The notes under the pieces were generated by a model. The model was not told the origin of the DNA, searched no databases, and saw only the letters and a program-made list of their open reading frames with translations. 64,000 nt of DNA from Deltaproteobacteria bacterium. Its GTDB lineage: Bacteria; Desulfobacterota; Binatia; UBA9968; JAJDTQ01. Shown here in pieces: positions 20,461-28,526 of this stretch. The stretch is from assembly GCA_026712905.1 (NCBI GenBank), contig JAPOPM010000145.1, positions 954 through 64,953 on the forward strand, in the 5' to 3' direction. Positions within the stretch are counted from its first letter, which is position 1; every line of letters begins with the position of its first letter. A program made the translations under genes and the position numbers.

Positions 20461-20790
20461 CCCCGAATCGTCATTCCCGCGCAACAGGCTGTGTCAAAAC
20501 GTCACCCGGACAAGGATTGGCGCCAACCCCCCGAATCGTCATTCCCGCGGAAGCGGCTGTGTCAGAGCGTCGTCCGGACAAGGATTGGCGCCAACCCCCC
20601 CGAATCGTCATTCCCGCGGAAGCGGGAATCCAGGCGGGGCGAGGCGGAGAAACGCCCCTATAGTGCCCCACCACCACCCATGGATTCCCGCTTCCGCGGG
20701 AATGACGAATCGGGGGGTTGGCGCCAATCCAGTCTTGGCACAGCCTGGGATAGCGGGAATCCAGGGGTAGGGTTTTCGCCCATGTTGCGG
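20461..20790. repeat. composite intergenic repeat cluster: about 63-bp unit in 2.5 tandem copies followed by a MITE-like element with 28-bp terminal inverted repeats
   Basis: The unit CCGAATCGTCATTCCCGCGnAAnnGGCTGTGTCAnAnCGTCnnCCGGACAAGGATTGGCGCCAACCCCCC is repeated. The palindromic core GTCATTCCCGCGGAAGCGGGAATCCAGG sits at about 20596-20623, and its reverse complement at about 20676-20703 flanks a 45-bp spacer. A near-identical element occurs at 27066-27175. Confidence 0.65.
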
Positions 20791-20797
20791 AAAATAT

Positions 20798-20826
20798 TTG
20801 ACAAACGCCGCCTGCTTCCCTAGGAT
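20798..20826 (+). promoter_or_regulatory. sigma70-like promoter (TTGACA-N17-TAGGAT)
   Basis: Consensus -35 hexamer, 17-nt spacer and a -10 matching 4/6 of TATAAT, in an AT-rich 160-bp patch. A strong SD and a 12-codon ORF follow. Confidence 0.4.
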
Positions 20827-20858
20827 GGCAGTCAGCAGAGAAAGGAGGTGGTCAAGAT

Positions 20859-20897
20859 ATGTATGAAATATGTAGCTGCGAGGTGACTGAGACCTAG
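20859..20897 (+). CDS. 12-codon small ORF (MYEICSCEVTET)
   Basis: GGAGG (20844-20848) lies 10 nt upstream of the ATG. A promoter sits upstream, and a hairpin plus an intrinsic terminator lie downstream. No homolog is known to me; it could equally be a small RNA. Confidence 0.3.
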   Translation: MYEICSCEVTET

Positions 20898-20952
20898 GCT
20901 CTCGAGCCATTTTCGGAATTGAGGGTCTTGGTCAATTCCGACAGTACGCCGA

Positions 20953-20992
20953 GCCCTGGCTGGCCATCGCGTCAGCCAGGGCTTTCTGTTTT
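20953..20992 (+). terminator. rho-independent terminator
   Basis: 10-bp GC stem GCCCTGGCTG / CAGCCAGGGC with a 10-nt loop, followed by TTTCTGTTTT. Confidence 0.5.
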
Positions 20993-21018
20993 CAGCGCGG
21001 TATCCTCAACGCGCATCT

Positions 21019-21810
21019 TCAACCCCCAGTCGACCATCCGATGAAGCCGGCCTGCCGCCCGGTAACCCCCGCGCCCCCCTTCGATTCCCGCCGGTGGGAG
21101 AAGAACTCCGCCGGGTTGCACGCGGTACAGGGGCCGCTCGAGTGGATGCGCTCCTCGGGGACGCCGCTCGCCGCCAGCAACGCGGCGTTCAGCCGTCTCA
21201 GGTCGAGGTAGGTGCCGCCGTCTCGGGACTGAAGCGCCGCCTCCGCCCGCTCCCCCCACTGCCGCACCAGCGGGTCGGCCACGTCCGCGCCGATCTCGTA
21301 GCAACACGGTCCGATGGCCGGTCCCAGGGCGCACGCCAGGTCGTGAGCCGGCGTGCCGTAGCGGCTCTCGATGTGCCGCACGGTCTTCGGCGCCACCCCG
21401 GCAAGGGTGCCGCGCCAGCCCGCGTGGATGACCGCCGCCAGCCGGCGCTCCGACGTGTGTGCCCAACAGACGATGGGAACGCAGTCGGCGGTGAGCACTC
21501 CCAGGAAAACGCCCGGCGCGTCCGTCACCATGGCGTCCCCCTCGCCAGCCTCCTTGCATGGCTCGGCGACGTCGAGGACCGTGTCGCCGTGCCGTTGCCG
21601 CATGGTGACCATCCGGGTCCCGACCATGCCCACGGCGCCCTTCATGGCGCAATAGTTGTCCTTCACCGCCCGGGGGTCGTCGCCGACGTTAAAGGAGACG
21701 TTGAGGCTGGCGTACGCGCCCGCGCTGTTGCCCCCGTTCCGGCCCGCGAAGCCGTGTCTCAGTCCGGGCTCGGCCGCCCACGCGGGGACGCGATAAACCG
21801 TCAAGTCCAC
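21019..21810 (-). CDS. pgeF: YfiH/PgeF laccase-domain protein (purine nucleoside phosphorylase / peptidoglycan editing factor)
   Basis: DUF152 motifs: HG at the N-terminus, LTADCVPIV, and HAGWRG. Confidence 0.85.
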   Translation of the reverse strand: MDLTVYRVPAWAAEPGLRHGFAGRNGGNSAGAYASLNVSFNVGDDPRAVKDNYCAMKGAVGMVGTRMVTMRQRHGDTVLDVAEPCKEAGEGDAMVTDAPGVFLGVLTADCVPIVCWAHTSERRLAAVIHAGWRGTLAGVAPKTVRHIESRYGTPAHDLACALGPAIGPCCYEIGADVADPLVRQWGERAEAALQSRDGGTYLDLRRLNAALLAASGVPEERIHSSGPCTACNPAEFFSHRRESKGGAGVTGRQAGFIGWSTGG

Positions 21811-21838
21811 GAGTTGTCCCCTTTCCGTCGGAGGATGC

Positions 21839-22585
21839 TCAAAACCGCGACAGCAGGCTGCCGAAGCCCTCGACCTTGTCCGACAGACCGTTCTGGCGCA
21901 TCGCGTACCAGTAGATGGCCGTGTTGATGGCGATGACCGGCTTGCCCAGCCGTTGTTCCGCCTCCGCCGCGATACGCGCCATGGCCAGGTTGGTGCCCAC
22001 CTGGACCACCGCGTCCACGTCGTCGCCGTCCACTTCCTGGATGGCCGCCTCCAGCGTGTCCGCCTGTACGTGGGCGATCAGCACCGGGCTCTCGCATTTG
22101 AGCCCCTTGAGGCGCGCCACCTCGTAGCCGCAGTCGGTGAAGAAGCGCACCACCTGGGAGTCGCCCACGGGCATGTAGGGCGTGATCACCCCCAGGCGGC
22201 GAATGCCGCCGTAGGCCTCCAACGCCGCCTCGCACGCGTAGGAGCCCATGGCCACGCGGACCCCCGACCGGTCCTCCACGTTCGCCAGCAGGCGCCGGCT
22301 GCCCTCGGCGCCGTCCCAGAACGTCTCGGACGACATACCCATGATCAGGTAGTCGGGCCGGCATGTCATGACGCGGTCGATGGCGTTGTCCACCTCCGCG
22401 CGGATGTTCCGCATCAACTGCTCGAAGTCCGCGTCGTCGTGGATGGGATCGTCGGGGATCCAGATGCGGGCGAAGTGGTTGGTCACACCCTCCGGTCGCA
22501 TGTCGTCGAACTCGGGCTGCACGGAAGTATTGGTGGAAGGGGCGATGACGGCGAACTTGCGCCGCCAACCCAGGGCGTCACTCAT
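21839..22585 (-). CDS. Asp/Glu/hydantoin racemase-superfamily protein (maleate cis-trans isomerase / arylmalonate decarboxylase-like)
   Basis: 248 aa with N-terminal FAVIAPSTNTSVQPEF and the two-domain racemase fold (conserved Cys in the C-terminal half). Confidence 0.75.
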   Translation of the reverse strand: MSDALGWRRKFAVIAPSTNTSVQPEFDDMRPEGVTNHFARIWIPDDPIHDDADFEQLMRNIRAEVDNAIDRVMTCRPDYLIMGMSSETFWDGAEGSRRLLANVEDRSGVRVAMGSYACEAALEAYGGIRRLGVITPYMPVGDSQVVRFFTDCGYEVARLKGLKCESPVLIAHVQADTLEAAIQEVDGDDVDAVVQVGTNLAMARIAAEAEQRLGKPVIAINTAIYWYAMRQNGLSDKVEGFGSLLSRF

Positions 22586-22708
22586 GGCGGGTCCTCCGTG
22601 GGACCGTGGGCGGGCGGCCCCGATCGAGTGTTGCTGGACGCGCGTTCATGGACCAAGTTATAACATCGCGGGGTCGCGGGGAGAACGCTCGCGACCGGAA
22701 AGGACGAC

Positions 22709-23197
22709 ATGGCCATACCGGAACGCTACAACACGGGCTACAATGTCGGCGTGGGTGGGGCGGTGGTGCGGGACGGACGCCTGCTCTTCGTGCGCCGCGC
22801 GTCGCGCCGCGGGCACGGCAACTGGCAGGTCCCCGGCGGTTTCATCGAGCCGGACGAGACCATCGAGGACGCGGTGGTGCGCGAGGTGGCCGAGGAGGCC
22901 GGGGTCGAGGCGGAGGTCGAGGGAGTGCTGGGTGTCCGCAGCCGCTACGACGCCGAGTCCGGCAACAGCCTCTACGTCGTGCTGCTGCTCCGGGGCCTGA
23001 CCGCCGAGCCCACGCCGGACGGGCGGGAAGTGGACCGGGCCGTCTACCTTTCGCTGGACGAGATCCGCGCGCTGGACCCGTTGCCGCAGACCAACTGGGA
23101 GGTGGCCCGGAGCGCGCTGGTGCCCGAGCCGCGGCTCCTGATGCCCAAGACGGTGGCGAACCAGCGGGGCGCGATCTTCCAGCTCTTCATCGGTTAG
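22709..23197 (+). CDS. NUDIX hydrolase
   Basis: Nudix box GGFIEPDETIEDAVVREVAEEAGV (GX5EX7REUXEEXGU). Confidence 0.85.
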   Translation: MAIPERYNTGYNVGVGGAVVRDGRLLFVRRASRRGHGNWQVPGGFIEPDETIEDAVVREVAEEAGVEAEVEGVLGVRSRYDAESGNSLYVVLLLRGLTAEPTPDGREVDRAVYLSLDEIRALDPLPQTNWEVARSALVPEPRLLMPKTVANQRGAIFQLFIG

Positions 23198-23243
23198 GCG
23201 CCTGGTGCGCGGGCGGCGGTTTGGTTGCGGAATCGCACCCCCC

Positions 23244-24284
23244 ATGTTACACGAAACCCCCATGAACAACGTGGAACCGAGGTACGCGGATCTCGCGGAA
23301 AAGTCGCTCGCCGGAGAACTTCTGTCCCCGGCTGAAATGAAGTCCGTCATTCACGGCGCCGACGAAAGGTTGCCGGAATTGCTCGACGCCGCCTTCCGCG
23401 TCCGCCACCACTACTACGGCAAACGGGTGCAGATCCACGTGCTCATGAACGCCAAGAGCGGTCTGTGCCCCGAGGATTGCGGCTACTGTTCGCAGTCGTC
23501 GGTTTCCGAGGCCGAGATCGACAAGTACCCGTTTCTCGCCAAGGAGGAATTGGTGGAAGCCGCGTTGCGGGCCAAGGAAGTGGGCGCCATGCGCTTCTGC
23601 CTGGTCAACAGCGGTCGCGGCCCCACGCTCAAGGAAACCGAGCGGATGGCCGACGCCGTGGCCGAGATCAAGAGCCGCGTCCCCATCAACATCTGCGCGT
23701 GCATGGGGCTGCTGACCGAGTCCAAGGCGCGCATCCTCAAGGACGCCGGGGTCGAGCGGGTCAACCACAACCTCAACACCAGCAGCCGCTACCACCCCGA
23801 GGTGGTCACGACGCATACCTACGAGGACCGGGTGGCGACGCTGGAAAGCGTCAAGGCCGCGGGGCTGTCCACTTGCTGCGGCGGCATCGTCGGACTCGGC
23901 GAGCAGGACGACGACGTCCTCGACCTGGCCGTGTCGCTACGGGAGCTGGATGTGGATTCCATCCCGGTCAACTTCCTGCACGCCATCCCCGGGACCCCCA
24001 TGGCCGGGCGTTCCAATCTGACGCCCCAGTACTGCCTCAAGGTCCTGTGCCTGTTCCGCTTCGTCAACCCGAGCAAGGAGATCCGCGTGGCCGGAGGGCG
24101 GGAAGTCAACCTGCGCTCGCTGCAGCCGCTGAGCCTGTACCCGGCCAACTCCATCTTCGTCAACGGCTACCTGACCACCTCGGGCCAGGACGCCTCCGAC
24201 GCCCATCGGATGATCGCGGACCTGGGTTTCGAGATCGACACGTCGGCGCGGGAAGAGGTTCCGGCCCAACAGAGCTTCGCGTAA
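23244..24284 (+). CDS. bioB: biotin synthase
   Basis: Radical-SAM CxxxCxxC ([12 protein letters not shown]) plus the BioB auxiliary-cluster cysteines. ATG 23262 is an alternative start. Confidence 0.9.
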   Translation: MLHETPMNNVEPRYADLAEKSLAGELLSPAEMKSVIHGADERLPELLDAAFRVRHHYYGKRVQIHVLMNAKSGLCPEDCGYCSQSSVSEAEIDKYPFLAKEELVEAALRAKEVGAMRFCLVNSGRGPTLKETERMADAVAEIKSRVPINICACMGLLTESKARILKDAGVERVNHNLNTSSRYHPEVVTTHTYEDRVATLESVKAAGLSTCCGGIVGLGEQDDDVLDLAVSLRELDVDSIPVNFLHAIPGTPMAGRSNLTPQYCLKVLCLFRFVNPSKEIRVAGGREVNLRSLQPLSLYPANSIFVNGYLTTSGQDASDAHRMIADLGFEIDTSAREEVPAQQSFA

Positions 24285-24298
24285 CAGGAGACAATGCC

Positions 24299-24505
24299 GT
24301 GGCAAGAATTACCGTCGAAGACTGCCTCAACGAGGTTACCAACCGCTTCAAGCTCGTCATGCTCGGTTCCCAACGCACCAAGCAGCTCCTCAAGGGCGCC
24401 AAGCCCCTGGTGGACTCCGACAACCGCGAGATCGTCGTGGCCCTGCGCGAGATAGCCGCCGGCAAGGTGCGGCAAGCGCCGGTTGAATCGACGGAGCTCG
24501 AATAA
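24299..24505 (+). CDS. rpoZ: DNA-directed RNA polymerase subunit omega
   Basis: The 68-aa product begins [59 protein letters not shown] start with AGGAG 7 nt upstream. Confidence 0.8.
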   Translation: MARITVEDCLNEVTNRFKLVMLGSQRTKQLLKGAKPLVDSDNREIVVALREIAAGKVRQAPVESTELE

Positions 24506-24864
24506 ACCTCCACGCCAGCCCCCGCCTGTAGAGGCGTACCACAGGGCAATATTGCCTGCGGCTACCGTCGTCACGCTTCACCACTCTTGACAGCGTAACG
24601 ATACGGAGCGAGGACTTCCCTCGCTTATGTGTCGAAACGCGTTGCTGAGTTCCATCGCCGCCGATGAGCACACCGAAACGTCGACATTATGTCCCTCAGA
24701 TGACACTGCGTCAGTTTCCCGACGAAAGCGGATGGCTCTGCGGTTGTAGGCGGGGCGTAGGCCGACGGACAGGTTTGGCACGGTATTCGCTTCTACTGTG
24801 GTTTGAGTCAGAACTCGACTACTACCCGGTTCGGTTGTGCGATCCTTGAGTATCACATAGAGCA

Positions 24865-25269
24865 GTGGCCTTACCCTTCGAATTCGTCGTAGACGGTTCT
24901 CCCGTGTCTCAACAAGCCCGCAATGTTGAGCGCCGAAGGCAGTGGACCCGGAACGTCAGGAGCGGGGCGGCAACGCGTTGGGGTGTGGATTCACCGTTTG
25001 TAGGGCCGGTCATGGTGACCGTGACTCACTTCTTCGACCGAGGGGCTCCGGATGTCGACAATATCCCCAAGCTGATTCTGGACGCCTTGAAGGGACTGGT
25101 TTATTCTGATGACTCCCAGGTAACGGATATGCTCTGTCGTAAGAGAAACCTGAATGCCATTTTGCGAGTTCAAAGTTCATCACTTGTTTTGAATGAGGCG
25201 CTTGCCCAAGGCAGAGCATTCCTCCACGTCGTTGTGGACAATGCGCCGATTCAGGAGGTGATTTCCTGA
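24865..25269 (+). CDS. rusA: RusA-family Holliday-junction resolvase-like endonuclease
   Basis: 134 aa. …VMVTVTHFFDRGAPDVDNIPKLILDALKGLVYSDDSQVTDM aligns with the E. coli RusA catalytic core (…[39 protein letters not shown]). GTG start, about 50% GC. Confidence 0.7.
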   Translation: MALPFEFVVDGSPVSQQARNVERRRQWTRNVRSGAATRWGVDSPFVGPVMVTVTHFFDRGAPDVDNIPKLILDALKGLVYSDDSQVTDMLCRKRNLNAILRVQSSSLVLNEALAQGRAFLHVVVDNAPIQEVIS

Positions 25270-25919
25270 TGGAAGACGCAACCATTCTCGAATCAAGACT
25301 CGCCGACGTAACGGCAGAGGAATACCGCAGCAAGGGCTACGCCGTGTCCCGAGACGAGTCCCTGGATTTCTTGCCCGGTTTCCGCGCGGATTTGGTCGCC
25401 CGGAAAGGTGACGAAACAAAGGTGATCGAAGTGAAATGCCGGTCCACGCTGACCGCGACTCCCGAAGTGACAAAGCTGGCGCAACTGCTCAACTCAAAGC
25501 CTGGGTGGAGCTTCGAGTTGATTCTTGTGGGTGAACCCGAGGGCCTGGAGTCACCTGACGGCGCGAAGTCGTTCGAGGGAGAGAACATCCTTCAGCGGAT
25601 TGCGCAGGCTGAAAGAGTGCTTGAATCAGGTTTTGCCGAGGCGGCCTTTCTTCTTGCCTGGTCGGCATGCGAGGCCCTGTTGAGGATGATGATCGAGGAA
25701 GAGGGGGTCTCGATCAAACGTATAACGACATCGGGCTACGTCCTCAATCTTGCGGTCGTTCATGGCGTCATCTCAAGGGACGACTATCAGGGTCTCGCCG
25801 ACATGATGAAATGCAGGAACGCCATTGCCCACGGGTTCGGCATTAACAAGTTTGGTGATGAGCAGGTGACGGTACTGATCGAGACTACGAAGCGACTCGC
25901 CCGCATGCCTTCGCAGTAG
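25269..25919 (+). CDS. two-domain protein: N-terminal PD-(D/E)XK (YraN/Hjc-like) nuclease fold + C-terminal HEPN-like (Rx4HG) domain
   Basis: N-terminus GFRADLVARKGDETKVIEVKCRS (D…ExK). C-terminus MKCRNAIAHGFG (R-x4-H HEPN signature, DUF4145-like). ATG overlaps the rusA-like stop (TGATG), with AGGAGG upstream. This is a motif-level inference. Confidence 0.5.
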   Translation: MEDATILESRLADVTAEEYRSKGYAVSRDESLDFLPGFRADLVARKGDETKVIEVKCRSTLTATPEVTKLAQLLNSKPGWSFELILVGEPEGLESPDGAKSFEGENILQRIAQAERVLESGFAEAAFLLAWSACEALLRMMIEEEGVSIKRITTSGYVLNLAVVHGVISRDDYQGLADMMKCRNAIAHGFGINKFGDEQVTVLIETTKRLARMPSQ

Positions 25920-25988
25920 CGACCCAGCGGCTATTCGCGCGATGATCTGGACCATGCTGGCTCCCATGCGGAAGAATCGAGTCGGCAG

Positions 25989-27017
25989 TCAGGCTCGCTG
26001 CGGCTCGATGATGACCTTGAGCGAATCCTGTGCGTTGGCCACGAGCTGAAAGCCCCTCTCCGTCTCTGCAAGGGACAGGCGGTGGGTGACAAGCTCGTCC
26101 ACGCGCACCTTTCCACCCGCCAACAGATCCACGGCATCCTTCAAATCCTGCGGACTCGCGCCATAGGAAGTGACGAGGCCGACCTCGTCGCGCCACATCT
26201 CGTATAGCGGCATGGGCACTTCGTGCCCGGCTGGAGTGGAGGCGAAGAAGAGCAGCTTGCCGCCGCGCTCGACGCTCTGGAACGCTTGCCGGATCGCCGG
26301 GGCGGCGCCGGTGCAGACGATCACGAGATCCGCCAGCCGGCCGTCGCAGGCTTCGCGCACGCGCGCCGGCACGTCGTCGGTGGCGTGGAAGGTGTGGTGG
26401 GCGCCTAGGGAGCGGGCCAGGCGCAGGCGTTCCTCGTTGATGTCGGTGGCGGCCAGGGCCTTGACCCCGCGGCTCCGGGCCACCTGGACGTGCAGCAGCC
26501 CGGCGATGCCGGTGCCGATGACCAGCACGTTTTCCTGCAACGGCGCGCGGGCGTGGTCTTGGGCCCGCACGACGCAGCCCAGCGGCTCGACAAAGGAGCC
26601 CGCTTCGAAGGAAAGCGAGTCCGGAAGCAGGAAGGTTCCGCAATCCACGTTGACCTTGGGCAGCCGCAGGTACTCGGCGAAGCCGCCGGGATCGAAGTGG
26701 GTCTCGCGCATGAGCTGACACACTGAGGCGTGTCCGGAGCGGCAGTGGTGGCAGTCGTTGCAGGGAACGTGGTGGGTGGTGACGATGCGGTCGCCGGGTG
26801 CGAATCCGGTGACCCCGGCGCCCACCTCGGCCACCTCGCCGGTGACCTCGTGGCCGAGCACCCTGGGCGCCTGCTGGCGGCGGTACCACTCGAGCACGTC
26901 GGTGCCGCAGATGCCGCTGGCCTCCACCCGCATCAGCAACTCGCCCGGCCCGGCCTTGGGAACCGGCAGTTCCTCCAGCCGAACGTCATCGTTGCTGTAG
27001 TACATGGCGACGCGCAT
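25989..27017 (-). CDS. Zn-dependent alcohol/polyol dehydrogenase (MDR family; threonine/sorbitol dehydrogenase-like)
   Basis: GHEVTGEV with catalytic Zn ligands; structural Zn CNDCHHCRSGHASVC; Rossmann VIGTGIAGL. The start is trimmed to MRVAMYYSND because the track ORF runs into the repeat cluster. Confidence 0.85.
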   Translation of the reverse strand: MRVAMYYSNDDVRLEELPVPKAGPGELLMRVEASGICGTDVLEWYRRQQAPRVLGHEVTGEVAEVGAGVTGFAPGDRIVTTHHVPCNDCHHCRSGHASVCQLMRETHFDPGGFAEYLRLPKVNVDCGTFLLPDSLSFEAGSFVEPLGCVVRAQDHARAPLQENVLVIGTGIAGLLHVQVARSRGVKALAATDINEERLRLARSLGAHHTFHATDDVPARVREACDGRLADLVIVCTGAAPAIRQAFQSVERGGKLLFFASTPAGHEVPMPLYEMWRDEVGLVTSYGASPQDLKDAVDLLAGGKVRVDELVTHRLSLAETERGFQLVANAQDSLKVIIEPQRA

Positions 27018-27059
27018 GGCTCGTTCCCGAAGGCTGGCTGTTGTGTGATCGGCTCTAGG

Positions 27060-27295
27060 CTGAACACCCACCACCGTCATTCCCGCGAAAGCGGGAATCC
27101 AGGGGTGGCGAGGCGGGGAAACGCCGTTGTAGTGCCCCACCACCGCCCCTGGATTCCCGCTTCCGCGGGAATGACGTTCTGTTACGTGGTAGCTTGGTGA
27201 GTATTGACACAGCCTGTCTCGCGGGAATGACGTTCCGTAGGGTCCTTGCCTCACGGGTATTGACACAGCCGCTTCCGCGGGAATGACGGTAGTGA
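27060..27295. repeat. intergenic repeat cluster: MITE-like element (28-bp TIRs + 45-bp spacer) followed by two half-units
   Basis: GTCATTCCCGCGAAAGCGGGAATCCAGG…GGATTCCCGCTTCCGCGGGAATGAC is near-identical to the 20596-20703 element. TGACACAGCC…CGCGGGAATGAC half-units follow. Confidence 0.65.
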
Positions 27296-27342
27296 AGGGT
27301 CACCGTCACCCCCGCTCGTAACCGAAAGGTCCCTTATACCGC

Positions 27343-28119
27343 CTAGCCGGCCGCGCGTTCCGACGACGGCCGCGACGACTCGTAGATGCCGTAGGCTTCC
27401 TCGACCGAGGCGCCGCCGTGGACGATGGCCCGCACCGCCTGGATCATCCCCGCCGGGCTGTCGGACTGGAAGATGTTGCGGCCCATGTCGACGCCCACCG
27501 CGCCGTGGTCCACGGCGTTCTTGGTGAGCTCCAGGGCTTCCATCTCCGGGGTCTTCTTGCCGCCGGCCACGATCACCGGAATCGGGCAACTGTTGACCAG
27601 GTTCTCGAACCCCTCGCAGTAGTAGGTCTTGACGATGTGGGCGCCCAGCTCGGCGGCGATGCGGCACGAAAGACTCAGATAGCGCTCGTCCCGGGCCATG
27701 TTCGTGCCCACCGCGGTGACGGCGAGCACGGGGATGCCGTACCTCTCGCCCTCGTCCACCAGCTTGGCGAGGCTCACCAGTGTCTCCTTCTCGAACTCCG
27801 AGCCCACGAAGATCGACAGCGCCATGGCCGACACGTTGAGGCGGATGGCGTCCTCGATGGAAACGGTGATGTCCTCGTTGGACAGTTCCTTCAGGATGCT
27901 GGTGCCGCCGGACACCCGCAGCACCACCGGCCCCTGCATGTTGGCATCCACGGCGGTCCGCAGCACGCCGCGGGTGAGCATGATGGCGTCCGCGTGGGGC
28001 AGTAGCGGCTCGATGGTCTCGCGTGGCTGCTCCAGCCCGCTCGTCGGGCCGAGAAAGTAGCCGTGGTCCACGGCCAACATCACGCAACGTCCATCATTCG
28101 GCTGGATGATGCGCGCCAT
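27343..28119 (-). CDS. class I (DhnA-type) fructose-bisphosphate aldolase-family protein
   Basis: DhnA/ADH-synthase family motifs: Schiff-base Lys in HIVKTYY, VIVAGG. The start is taken at the Met with GGAG 8 nt upstream; 28143 is the alternative. Confidence 0.8.
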   Translation of the reverse strand: MARIIQPNDGRCVMLAVDHGYFLGPTSGLEQPRETIEPLLPHADAIMLTRGVLRTAVDANMQGPVVLRVSGGTSILKELSNEDITVSIEDAIRLNVSAMALSIFVGSEFEKETLVSLAKLVDEGERYGIPVLAVTAVGTNMARDERYLSLSCRIAAELGAHIVKTYYCEGFENLVNSCPIPVIVAGGKKTPEMEALELTKNAVDHGAVGVDMGRNIFQSDSPAGMIQAVRAIVHGGASVEEAYGIYESSRPSSERAAG

Positions 28120-28269
28120 TCTGTTCTCCATACCCCAGTGCATGTGATCCCCCCTGCGTTCTTGATGTTTCGGTGATGCGGGTCGGGATTGAATCCGACT
28201 TGAGGCACGACACTACCACATACCCGGTTCAGCCGCGAGTCTCGTTTCCCCCGGGCAGACGCGCCAAAC

Positions 28270-28510
28270 GCCCGGAATCGTCAGTCCCGCGGAACGGGCG
28301 GTGTCAACCTCATGGAGCAGAGCCCCCTCGACCCGCCATTCCCGCGAAACAGGCTGTGACAAACCCGTGAGGCAAAAACCCTACGGAACGTCATCCCCGC
28401 GAAAGCTTGCCCTCGCCCCCGATCGGGGGCGGGAATCCAGGGGGGGCGGGGCCCCTCCACCCTACGGAACGTCATTCCCGCGGAAGCGGGAATCCAGGGG
28501 GGGCGGGGCC
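28270..28510. repeat. intergenic repeat cluster (three to four degenerate-to-intact copies of the ATTCCC-N8-GGGAAT palindromic unit)
   Basis: …GTCAGTCCCGCGGAACGGGCGGTGTCAA…CCATTCCCGCGAAACAGGCTGTGACAA…GTCATCCCCGCGAAAGC…GGGAATCCAGGGGGGGCGGGGCCC…GTCATTCCCGCGGAAGCGGGAATCCAGGGGGGGCGGGGCCC. Confidence 0.6.
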
Positions 28511-28526
28511 CCCATATTGACAGGCT

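Noticed and set aside
24291-24296. ATG at 24294 as the rpoZ start.
   Set aside because: It is out of frame with the conserved omega-subunit sequence. The in-frame start is GTG 24299, preceded by AGGAG.
24510-24865. tRNA or tRNA-fragment att site at the left edge of the RusA/HEPN islet (…CCCGGTTCGGTTGTGCGATCC…).
   Set aside because: There is no cloverleaf and no GTTCGAATCC-type T-loop or acceptor-stem pairing. Nothing tRNA-like was found anywhere in the window.
20461-28510. Possible CRISPR array, given the repeated 28-bp palindromic units.
   Set aside because: Spacing between units is irregular, and the units occur in both orientations as inverted pairs. They are palindromic (CRISPR repeats are usually only weakly so), the spacers are themselves repeated, and no cas genes are nearby. 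These are REP/MITE-like repeats.
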